A DNA stretch of 28,425 bases. Origin: a virus. Its lineage: Duplodnaviria > Caudoviricetes. The stretch is from IMG/VR virus record IMGVR_UViG_3300029822_001159, positions 1 to 28,425 of that record; one strand, given 5' to 3'. Positions 18,230-26,276 of this stretch are shown piece after piece. Position 1 is the stretch's first letter. Each line of letters opens with the position of its first letter. The notes beneath the pieces were generated by a model. The model searched no databases, had not been told where the DNA came from, and saw nothing but the letters and a program-made list of their open reading frames with translations. The translations under genes were made by a program, and so were the position numbers.

Positions 18230-19078
18230 GTGCTTGATTTAAGCGGGTTTGAAGTATATTTAAGAAGCGAAGAACGAAGCAAGAATACCATTGGCTGCTA
18301 TATTCGGGACAGTAAGGTTTTCATTAACTGGTATAACAGCAGAACTGATTGCGGTCTTGATAAACTGATTGAACTTGATGCCATTGAATATAAGAAGCAC
18401 TTGCTTAACACTAACGAATCGGTGGTTACAGCCAACAGGAAGATTGCCAGCATCAATGCCTTATGTAAATGGCTCTATGAAAGCGGAACAACTCCTACTG
18501 AAGTTAGTATAAAAGCAGTAAAGAATCGGGATGCTCGCCAGTATAAGGGCTTAGAGGAAAGGGACTTGAGGAGGCTCCGAGCGGAGATACACAGAAACAG
18601 GAATCAAATGCACATTTGCATTATTGAAGTATTGCTTGGCACAGGGCTTCGGGTGAGTGAACTTTGCAATATTAGGCTTAGGGATATTGATATAACAGAA
18701 CGTAAAGGCACTATAAGGGTTATAGGAAAAGGAAACGTAAACAGGACAATCCCATTGAATAAGGATGTCCGAAAAGCAATTCAGGACTATCTTGCAGTAA
18801 GACCAACGGATGAAAGTGACTTCCTATTATTAGGTCAACGTGGAGCCTTGAAAAGGAATGCAATAAACCTTATCCTTGAGAAATATGGTGATAGAGTTTC
18901 AGTTGAAGTGACACCCCATAGCTTAAGACATACCCTTGGTTATAAGCTGGTTAAGGAAGGCACAGCAATTACTACCATCCAGCAGATACTTGGTCACGAT
19001 AACATAATGACTACGAACCTTTACACAGTTACAACAGAACAGGATATGAGTGATTCCTTGGAGGCACTGGAGTGGTAA
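18230..19078 (+). CDS. XerC/D-like tyrosine recombinase (no arm-binding domain)
   Basis: Catalytic residues in GLRVSEL, GKGN, HSLRH, LGH and TTNLY. 282 aa with a SAM-like N-terminal domain. Confidence 0.92.
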   Translation: MLDLSGFEVYLRSEERSKNTIGCYIRDSKVFINWYNSRTDCGLDKLIELDAIEYKKHLLNTNESVVTANRKIASINALCKWLYESGTTPTEVSIKAVKNRDARQYKGLEERDLRRLRAEIHRNRNQMHICIIEVLLGTGLRVSELCNIRLRDIDITERKGTIRVIGKGNVNRTIPLNKDVRKAIQDYLAVRPTDESDFLLLGQRGALKRNAINLILEKYGDRVSVEVTPHSLRHTLGYKLVKEGTAITTIQQILGHDNIMTTNLYTVTTEQDMSDSLEALEW

Positions 19079-19096
19079 GCAATCCCACTCTTTTTT
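19070..19096 (+). terminator. Rho-independent terminator
   Basis: GAGTGG-loop-CCACTC followed by TTTTTT. Confidence 0.6.
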
Positions 19097-19203
19097 AATG
19101 CACCTTTCCCGATGGGAGGGGTGCTTCTATCTGTAAAAATTGTCCCGACAGCAAATGGTGTGAAAATTTTTGTAATATTTTTGTAGGAAAATAGTTTTTA
19201 GGA

Positions 19204-19212
19204 TGATATAAT
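19204..19212 (+). promoter_or_regulatory. Extended -10 promoter of the PemK/MazF gene
   Basis: TG-A-TATAAT about 35 nt upstream of the start codon. Confidence 0.55.
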
Positions 19213-19245
19213 CTATATTGATGTCAAATTAAGGGGGTGAGGGGT

Positions 19246-19875
19246 ATGGCATTAAATATAGATTTATCAAAAACTCAAGCGTATTTTGATTGGTTTAAGC
19301 AATTACTTTATTATAATTGGAAAGCAAACAATTCCAAAAATAAGAATATTAGAGTTGTTAAAAGAGGGCAGGTATATTATTGTGATCTTGGTTTAGGTGT
19401 TGGAAGTGAAGAAACTAAGAATAGACCTTGTGTAATAATACAGAATAATACTGGTAATAATTTTTCACCTAATACTATTGTTGCACCTATTACAAATGAA
19501 AAAGCAGAAGAGAAAGTTTCGGTTGCTATTACTGGAACTTATACATATAATGATATTGAGGATGGAATTCAGAAGAATTTATCGGGGTATATTCTCTTAG
19601 CTAATATAGTAACAGTAAGTAAAGCAAGGTTAGGACAATATATTGGTGAGTTAAATTGTGAATTAAAAGAAATGGATGAAAAAATATTAACATCATTAGG
19701 GTTATATGAAAAATTTAAAATTTTACAAGAAAAGGTAACCAAGGATAAAATCTTTATTAAAAATTCAATTGATGAAAATTATAGACTAAGGAAATCTTTA
19801 AAAGAGATTATTGATAGCAAGGATTTTGAAAAAACACAAGAGATTTTAAAGAAGTATAGGATAGAAAAAATTTAA
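19246..19875 (+). CDS. PemK/MazF-family endoribonuclease toxin with N- and C-terminal extensions
   Basis: VKRGQVYYCDLG..VGSE..KNRPCVIIQN...SPNTIVAPIT and TVSKARL. Start is ATG 19246 or GTG 19237. No adjacent protein antitoxin ORF. Confidence 0.9.
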   Translation: MALNIDLSKTQAYFDWFKQLLYYNWKANNSKNKNIRVVKRGQVYYCDLGLGVGSEETKNRPCVIIQNNTGNNFSPNTIVAPITNEKAEEKVSVAITGTYTYNDIEDGIQKNLSGYILLANIVTVSKARLGQYIGELNCELKEMDEKILTSLGLYEKFKILQEKVTKDKIFIKNSIDENYRLRKSLKEIIDSKDFEKTQEILKKYRIEKI

Positions 19876-19883
19876 TCTAATTG

Positions 19884-19913
19884 TTGTATAATTAAGTGCA
19901 TGTGTGTTATAAT
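19884..19913 (+). promoter_or_regulatory. sigmaA promoter downstream of the toxin gene, driving a non-coding region
   Basis: TTGTAT-18 nt-TATAAT with an extended TG at 19905-19906. Confidence 0.7.
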
Positions 19914-19919
19914 AAATAT

Positions 19920-20073
19920 ACAAATAAGTTTGCTCACGATGAGCGGACGCTAATTAAATTCAAATAAGAGGGATATTGTTTATCCCTCGCTACTTTACAA
20001 ATAAATTGAAACTTGAAGTTTCAATGCTAAATTTTCAAAAATGGGTGACCTTGTTGGTCACCTATTACTTTTT
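19920..20073 (+). ncRNA. Candidate small RNA (~150 nt) made of four CAAATAA-[21-nt hairpin]-GCTA units; putative RNA antitoxin
   Basis: Units start at 19921, 19961, 19998 and 20036. Hairpins lie at 19928-19948, 19968-19988, 20005-20025 and 20043-20063. The last unit (leader CAAAAAT, no GCTA) has a T-rich tail and looks like a terminator. Confidence 0.7.
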
Positions 20074-20100
20074 AAATCTAAAAAATACTGAGGTGATGCG

Positions 20101-21702
20101 ATGCAATTGCAACAAGACCATCACCGCCAGAACCTCCTACTAAAAGAATATCTGAACAAATATTTCTCTCCGAACAAGATAGAAGAGCTTGTCGGGGAGT
20201 TTTCATTTTCAGAGCTTCGTAGGTTGCTTGGCGAGATGGATATAGAATTTTTTGCTCTGTGTTACTTCCCGAAATACTTTGACCGTAAATTTGGGCAGTT
20301 TCATAAAGAGCTATTTGAAGAACTAAAATATATGCTGGACAATAATGGGTTGATTGAAGCTTTTGGATTGCCGAGAGAGCATGGGAAAAGCACAATCAAC
20401 TCTTTTTTATTTCCGCTGTATTCAACACTGTACTCTAAATCCTGCTTTACGCTGATAATATCGGCAACAGAGCAGATCGCTCTTCCTTTTCTTGATATGA
20501 TTAAGGATGAGCTTGAAACCAATCAATTACTAATGGAGGATTTTGGTATATATAAAGGTAACCGCTGGAACAATAATGAGATTTGGATTAGAGGTAGAGG
20601 TGGCTTAGATGCTTGCATAATGATTCGTGGTATAGATGGTTCGTTGAGGGGTATTCACTTCAAGCAGTACCGCCCTCAGCTTGTTCTTCTTGATGATCTT
20701 CTCAAAGATGATACTGCAAAGTCGGAAGCCAAACGCGAGCAGGTTAAAAGTACCTTTACAGATGTCATTATTCCTATTGGCACAAGAGATACAAATATAC
20801 TTGTTGTCGGTACCGTTCTTCATGAAGAGGATTTAATGGCTGATTTACTTAAAGGGAAAATCCCAGGAGTAAGAAGTATTAGGAAAGCAGCAATAATTAC
20901 TTGGACAGAGCGAGATGACCTTTGGAGTGAATGGGAAACAAAATACAATAATCTTCAGGATTTAGACAGGATTGAAACTGCTAAGTCCTTTTTTTATGAC
21001 CATCAAGAGGAAATGTTGGAAGGTACAGAAATTCTATGGTCTGAATATTTGGATTATCATTATCTCATGTGCAAGAAACAGGCTATGGGCGACAAAAGTT
21101 TTTATAAGGAAATGCAGAATGATCCTCGAAGTACCGATGATTACATATTCCAGAACATATCCTTTTGGGAAAGGCTTCCTGAATATGAGGAGCTTGAAAT
21201 CATCATGTACATCGACCCTGCAATAAAAGCAGGAAAAAGAAATGACTATTCTGCTATTACAATTCTTGGACAACACAGAAAGACCAATCAGATGTATGTA
21301 ATTGATGGTTCAATTTATAAGCTACTTCCAGATGATTTATTTCAAGCTGTAATTGAAAAGTTGCAGTATTACCCTGTTGAGAAAATAGGTTTTGAAGCTA
21401 CACAGGCACAGAGCTATATGAAGCAGAAGTTTGAAGAGCAGCTATGGCAGAATAAAATCTATGCTCCCGTTGAAGAGGTGGTTGCAAAGGGGCAAAAACA
21501 TGAAAGAATTATTACCTTAGAACCGGATGTCAAGAAGGGACACATACTGTTCAATTCTTCCAATGTCGGATATAATAATCAAGTAAAGGATTATAACAAA
21601 GGTGCAAAGCACGATGATGCTCCTGATAGCCTGTATGGTGCTGTACAATTAGTTCAGGGTGTACAGCGGATCAGGTTTTTCGACAGGAGCTTGCTATTTT
21701 AA
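20101..21702 (+). CDS. terL: Phage terminase large subunit
   Basis: Walker A PREHGKST, Walker B VLLDD, nuclease motifs YIDPA and HDDAPDSL. Confidence 0.93.
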   Translation: MQLQQDHHRQNLLLKEYLNKYFSPNKIEELVGEFSFSELRRLLGEMDIEFFALCYFPKYFDRKFGQFHKELFEELKYMLDNNGLIEAFGLPREHGKSTINSFLFPLYSTLYSKSCFTLIISATEQIALPFLDMIKDELETNQLLMEDFGIYKGNRWNNNEIWIRGRGGLDACIMIRGIDGSLRGIHFKQYRPQLVLLDDLLKDDTAKSEAKREQVKSTFTDVIIPIGTRDTNILVVGTVLHEEDLMADLLKGKIPGVRSIRKAAIITWTERDDLWSEWETKYNNLQDLDRIETAKSFFYDHQEEMLEGTEILWSEYLDYHYLMCKKQAMGDKSFYKEMQNDPRSTDDYIFQNISFWERLPEYEELEIIMYIDPAIKAGKRNDYSAITILGQHRKTNQMYVIDGSIYKLLPDDLFQAVIEKLQYYPVEKIGFEATQAQSYMKQKFEEQLWQNKIYAPVEEVVAKGQKHERIITLEPDVKKGHILFNSSNVGYNNQVKDYNKGAKHDDAPDSLYGAVQLVQGVQRIRFFDRSLLF

Positions 21703-21751
21703 AATAAAGTAAAATAAGTGGATTTTAAGTGTTTTATTGGGGGTCTGAGTT

Positions 21752-22564
21752 ATGAATACGGTTTTCGTTAGCATACTAACCAGCTTGGTAGTGAGTTTAA
21801 TAACATTCACACTTGGAATGAAATCTGGTAAAAATCAAGCCGATAGGCAGCGATTAAAAGAACTATACAAGAATATAACTGTCCATTTTCAAAATCTGAA
21901 GAAAGGTCTAGAAAGCCATACTCCAAAAACGTGGAGGAATTTTTTTGATAAAACAGGTAATTCAGACCCTCTTATAAAAAGAATGATAAAAAATGGGGAT
22001 ATAATTGAAATAAACGGGAAGATATCAAAAAGAGCGGAAGAGACTGAAAAGCAGGCACTTGTTTTAGGCTGGAGATTCTATGATATTTATAAGGATTTAC
22101 ATGCAATATCTATTGAAACAATCAAAAAGTATGCAACTATACATCACGAACCTACTGGAAACAATTATTGTACTAAAAAATCAGAAAACAAAATTGGTCG
22201 ACCTTATTGGGAATGTGGATTTGGAATCCTCCTAGATAAAAAGCTAATTGATGAAAGAATATCATATTTAAATAATAGTCCTAATAATGGCTTTAATTTT
22301 ATACACACTCAAGACGGTAAGATATTATACTCAGTAACAATTTATCCTGATGACTTAACGGACATTTCCATTAAGGATTTACTCTATGAGATTAATAGTA
22401 CATCAATTGAGAAGATAGAAAATGCAAGTAGTTTATTAAAGCAGAAAGAGGAAATATGTAAAGATATTAATGAGATTATCAAAAAGAGCATAAGAAGAGC
22501 GAGAGACCCCCATACATTTATCGAAACCATTGGGGGTGCTTTCCTAGATATTTTCAAAATTTAA
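21752..22564 (+). CDS. Hypothetical cargo protein with an N-terminal transmembrane helix (moron)
   Basis: Hydrophobic start VFVSILTSLVVSLITFTLG. AT-rich, sits between terL and portal, and has its own terminator. Confidence 0.7.
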   Translation: MNTVFVSILTSLVVSLITFTLGMKSGKNQADRQRLKELYKNITVHFQNLKKGLESHTPKTWRNFFDKTGNSDPLIKRMIKNGDIIEINGKISKRAEETEKQALVLGWRFYDIYKDLHAISIETIKKYATIHHEPTGNNYCTKKSENKIGRPYWECGFGILLDKKLIDERISYLNNSPNNGFNFIHTQDGKILYSVTIYPDDLTDISIKDLLYEINSTSIEKIENASSLLKQKEEICKDINEIIKKSIRRARDPHTFIETIGGAFLDIFKI

Positions 22565-22571
22565 TGTTTCT

Positions 22572-22600
22572 ATAGCTCTCTCATCAAGAGGGCTATTTTT
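22572..22600 (+). terminator. Rho-independent terminator
   Basis: ATAGCTCT...AGAGGGCTAT stem followed by TTTT. Confidence 0.65.
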
Positions 22601-22627
22601 ATGCCATTTTAGAAAGGATGTGATACT

Positions 22628-23899
22628 TTGCAAATAACTGAAAGACTTATAAAACAATGTTTGGCTGAGCTAGAGAGTAACTCAAGCATCAAGCAAAAAT
22701 ATAAAGATTATTATGAGGGAAACCACAGCATACTAAAAGATTATGACATGCAGGATAGCAGAAGTAACCGCAAGCTGATTTTTAACTTCCCCCGCAAGTT
22801 CGTAGATAATGAAACAGGCTACCTTCTCGGAAAACCTGTTAATTTCTTGTCAAAAAGTGATGACAAGAATATTATTGGCTGTATCGATTGGAATTGTAGC
22901 CATTGGGATAAGGAACACAATATTTCCCTTCGAAAGCAAAGTGAAATCTATGGCGAAAGTTATGAATTGAATTATATTAATGGCGATGGGGAATTCTGTG
23001 CGACAATTCTGACACCATTGGAGTGCTATGTCTTGGAGGATGGCACAGCGGAGAGAAATGTCCTGCTGGCAATACATAAATTTAAAAGAAGATTCGATGA
23101 TATAGAATATCTTGATGCTTACACTGACGCTGAGGTACTTCATTATAAGCTGATTGAGGATTCTAAAATTGAACTTATTGGAAAGCACAATCATATATTT
23201 GGCAGAGTACCTATTATTGTGTGTCCTGCCAATAGTGAGCGTAAAAGCGGATTTGAGGATTTAATAAGCCTTTTTGACTCATATAATGCTTTGAATTCTG
23301 ACTTGGTCAATGAAATTGCCGACCACAGAAACGCATATCTCATTATTGAAAATGCAAAAATCGAAGAAGAAGATTTACTCAAAATGAAGCAGATGGGAAT
23401 TATTCAAGTACCCAAAGGTGGAGCGGTCAAGTGGCTTACAAAGGATATCAATGATTCTTTTGTCAAAAATGAACTTGATAATATTGAACGAAAAATTTAT
23501 GACATGATGGATGAGGTCAACTTCAATGAGAATTGGGCTTCCAATACTTCCTCGCTAGCAATTAGAAATAAATTACTCAATCTTGAGAATAGGGTGTCTA
23601 TGCGTCAGGCTTTTATGGAGAAGGTTATCAAGGAAAGATTCAGAAACCTGTTTACATATATCCGTATAAGAGAAGGTAAGGTATTTGATTATAAGGATGT
23701 AGCAGTTAAATTTACCAGAAACCTCCCTACAGACCTTGTTGGATTGGCGGATGTAATTGTAAAACTTAAGGATACTTGTTCGCAGGAAACATTACTTACC
23801 CTATTACCTTTTATTGAAAATCCTGCATCAGAGGTGCGAAAACATAAAACAGAAAGGGCTAATGCAATCAATGAAGATATTAACAAAAATAATATTTGA
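22628..23899 (+). CDS. Phage portal protein, SPP1 gp6-like
   Basis: YYEGNHSIL, NFPRKFVD..TGYLLGKPV, HIFGRVPI, NTSSLAIRNKL, KFTRNLP and SQETLLTLLPFIENP. Confidence 0.92.
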   Translation: MQITERLIKQCLAELESNSSIKQKYKDYYEGNHSILKDYDMQDSRSNRKLIFNFPRKFVDNETGYLLGKPVNFLSKSDDKNIIGCIDWNCSHWDKEHNISLRKQSEIYGESYELNYINGDGEFCATILTPLECYVLEDGTAERNVLLAIHKFKRRFDDIEYLDAYTDAEVLHYKLIEDSKIELIGKHNHIFGRVPIIVCPANSERKSGFEDLISLFDSYNALNSDLVNEIADHRNAYLIIENAKIEEEDLLKMKQMGIIQVPKGGAVKWLTKDINDSFVKNELDNIERKIYDMMDEVNFNENWASNTSSLAIRNKLLNLENRVSMRQAFMEKVIKERFRNLFTYIRIREGKVFDYKDVAVKFTRNLPTDLVGLADVIVKLKDTCSQETLLTLLPFIENPASEVRKHKTERANAINEDINKNNI

Positions 23900-23923
23900 C
23901 ATTCATTTATCGAGTGATATAAT
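23896..23923 (+). promoter_or_regulatory. Near-consensus sigmaA promoter of a moron gene
   Basis: TTGACA-16 nt-TATAAT with extended TG, overlapping the portal stop codon. Confidence 0.75.
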
Positions 23924-23978
23924 AATTATAGATATGGAAAAAGTACATATATAAAATAAAGGTATAGGGGGATGCGTT

Positions 23979-24380
23979 ATGAATTATAAAGATTTTTTCC
24001 AAGAGCCAGAGAACAGAAAGTACATTAAGTACGAAAATGTTTCTGAAGTAGAAAATGTATTTAACTTCATGTGCAAGCCTGAGAGCATCGATAAGATGAT
24101 AATGTCATGTGGACAAAACCGACCAGCATTAGAAGGTATAATTGAGGACATTGAGGTGAATTTTCCTATAGGCACAAACTTTAATATTGATAAGGACTAT
24201 ACCTTAAGAAAGGCACTCGGTTCGATGGTAAAATATATCCTTTCAGATTTTGGATATGAGGTAAATATTCAAAAAGATATATCAAAAGGGTCATATATCA
24301 AGTCTGCAACACATTATACCTTTAACCAGGCAAAAGCTAGGAAGAAACTTGTTAGGGTAATAACCATTGAAAATATATAG
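23979..24380 (+). CDS. Hypothetical cargo protein (moron)
   Basis: 133-aa ORF with AGGGGGA RBS, bracketed by a consensus promoter and a terminator. Confidence 0.75.
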   Translation: MNYKDFFQEPENRKYIKYENVSEVENVFNFMCKPESIDKMIMSCGQNRPALEGIIEDIEVNFPIGTNFNIDKDYTLRKALGSMVKYILSDFGYEVNIQKDISKGSYIKSATHYTFNQAKARKKLVRVITIENI

Positions 24381-24390
24381 TACTGTTAAT

Positions 24391-24434
24391 AAAGAGGCTG
24401 TTCCTTACATTAGTGGGGAGCAGTTTCTTTGTTT
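24391..24434 (+). terminator. Rho-independent terminator
   Basis: AAAGAGGCTGTTCCTTA...TGGGGAGCAGTTTCTTT stem with a T-rich tail. Confidence 0.7.
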
Positions 24435-24502
24435 CATAAATAAAATTGCGTTCTTAGTTCCATAGGAGTTGAGAGGGCGAAATAATGAGGAGGATTTTTA
24501 TT

Positions 24503-25087
24503 ATGATATTTGAAGAAGTAAAAGAGTTTTTGGAAAGTGAAGCTGGGAAAGCTTCAGAAGTCACAGCATATTTGCAGGGGTTAAATCCATTGACCGTTGC
24601 AAAGATACAGGAATATATCTATAAAACGCCTGAAGGGAAATCATGGGCTGATTCTGTAAAGGATAAGCATTTACAGAAAGGGCTTGAAACTTGGAAAGCG
24701 AATAATCTGGAATCACTGCTTAATGAAGAAATCAAGAAGAGGTTTCCTGAAAAGGATGAAAAAGAGCTTGAGGTTGAGAAACTAAGGGCTGAAATTGAAA
24801 AAATGAAGCATGAAAAGCAGAGGGAAGTCCTCACAAATAAAGCCATCAAAATAGCAACAGAGAAGAGTCTACCGATTGAATTGGTAGATTTTTTTATTGG
24901 TGCGGATGAAGAAACCACTGTTTCGAATGTAAAGGTTTTTGAGGATACATTCAGTCAATATGTTCAGAAAACAGTGGAGCAAAGGCTTAAGGGTGACGGC
25001 TATGTTCCTCCAAAGGATAATGATAGCAAGCAAGGCAACTTAGAAAGCTTATCAATGGAGGATTATATCAAAGCGAGAAGCAAATAA
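24503..25087 (+). CDS. Capsid scaffolding protein, DUF4355-like
   Basis: Coiled-coil, charged protein with KSLPIELVDFFIGADEETT...VEQRLKG..PP, directly upstream of the capsid gene. AGGAGG RBS supports ATG 24503. Confidence 0.8.
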   Translation: MIFEEVKEFLESEAGKASEVTAYLQGLNPLTVAKIQEYIYKTPEGKSWADSVKDKHLQKGLETWKANNLESLLNEEIKKRFPEKDEKELEVEKLRAEIEKMKHEKQREVLTNKAIKIATEKSLPIELVDFFIGADEETTVSNVKVFEDTFSQYVQKTVEQRLKGDGYVPPKDNDSKQGNLESLSMEDYIKARSK

Positions 25088-25114
25088 AAATTCGAAAGGA
25101 TATGGTGATTTTTT

Positions 25115-25526
25115 ATGGGAAACACGATTTTAACTCCATCTATAATAGCGAAGGAAGCATTGATGCAATTAAGAAACAATACGGTTATGGCAAGTTTGGT
25201 ACATAGGGATTATTCGCAGGAATTTGTTGCTGGAGTGGGCAACACCGTTACAATTAGGAAGCCAGCAACTTTTGAAGCGCAGGAATTTAATAGGAGTACA
25301 GGTATTCAGATTCAGGATGCCACAGAAGGCTCTGAATCAGTGGTATTGGATAAGCTTTTGGATGTATCCTTTGAAGTTACGTCTGAACAGCTTACTATGG
25401 GCATCAAGGATTTCAGTGAGCAATTGCTGATTCCAGCAATGCAGGGCTTTGCAAATAAAATTGACCAGTATTTATTGGGTCTTTATAATGAGATTCCATT
25501 TAACTTCGGCACGGCAGGAAGTACCC
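25115..25526 (+). pseudogene. Major capsid protein (P22 coat / HK97-fold type), truncated by a transposon
   Basis: NTILTPSIIAKEALMQLRNN...VHRDYSQEF..GNTVTIRKP. Only ~137 codons precede the TGT transposon end; the ORF stop at 25543 is element-derived. Confidence 0.85.
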
Positions 25527-25564
25527 TGTTACAGCCAACTTAAACCGTCCAAAAGCTGACGGTA

Positions 25565-25593
25565 TTGCCTGACCGAGAATTGCTAGATATAAT
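25565..25593 (+). promoter_or_regulatory. sigmaA promoter inside the transposon left end
   Basis: TTGCCT-17 nt-TATAAT. Confidence 0.7.
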
Positions 25594-25741
25594 GACCATA
25601 TCTTAGGGAAAGGAAAAGACGCCTCTGTTAAATGTGCTAATGCAGCAACAAAAGCACCAGAAGCGTCCCCCAAAGGTATGGTAATTGTATCAAATTATGA
25701 ATTAGATTTAAACCCCGATAAGGGAGTTTTTTGTTAGGAGC

Positions 25742-26227
25742 TTGGAGCAACTTCCCTGCCCGTGTTGTAGTGGACAATTAAAAGTAATAGGTAGCCGCCA
25801 GAGAAAATGTATCAATGCCTCAGGGGAAAAGATAATTTTAATCATTCGTAGGTTAAGATGCATTGAATGTAACCGTATCCACCACGAACTACCGGATATG
25901 CTTGTGCCATACAAACTTCATGTTAGTGAAAGTATTGAGGCAGTGGTTAGCAATGATTCAGAGCTTAGTGTTATCTCCGATGAATCTACTCTGAATCGGT
26001 GGAGAAAATGGTTCAATGAGAAGGCCGATTACTTCCAAGGTTGCATGGAATCAATTACAATCCGTTATGGCAGTGAATCTGTAGAAGATAAATCCGATCT
26101 TCCTGAGTCCAAGCTCCAAAGGATTTGGCATTATGTAGGGGATGCTCCGGGATGGTTAGCCAGAGTTGTCCGCCCCATAGCCAACTTAAATTTATGGATA
26201 CATACCCGTTTAGCCTTTTGTCCATAA
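25742..26227 (+). CDS. Zn-ribbon transposon accessory protein, DUF6431-like
   Basis: CPCC...IRRLRCIECNRIHHELPDMLVPYK and ESTLNRWRKWF. Start uncertain (see frameshift finding). Confidence 0.7.
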   Translation: MEQLPCPCCSGQLKVIGSRQRKCINASGEKIILIIRRLRCIECNRIHHELPDMLVPYKLHVSESIEAVVSNDSELSVISDESTLNRWRKWFNEKADYFQGCMESITIRYGSESVEDKSDLPESKLQRIWHYVGDAPGWLARVVRPIANLNLWIHTRLAFCP

Positions 26228-26276
26228 GAGTATAGCTTTACACTCATGCTGAAACCTGAAAAAGGAGGTAATCAGC

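Larger units (their letters stand above)
8154..25526 (+). mobile_element. Prophage or phage-like element (polymerase/helicase module plus head module), interrupted by a transposon in the capsid gene
   Basis: TerS, TerL, portal, scaffold and capsid in canonical order, plus a ParB-MTase and a YonO-like RNAP. True att boundaries are not visible. Confidence 0.85.

Noticed and set aside
18230-19078. Prophage integrase marking an element boundary
   Set aside because: It is short, has no arm-binding domain, and lies between terS and terL with phage genes on both sides.
19921-20063. Mini CRISPR array
   Set aside because: The constant parts are only 7 and 4 nt, the variable parts are self-complementary hairpins, and there are no cas genes. 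A structured ncRNA fits better.
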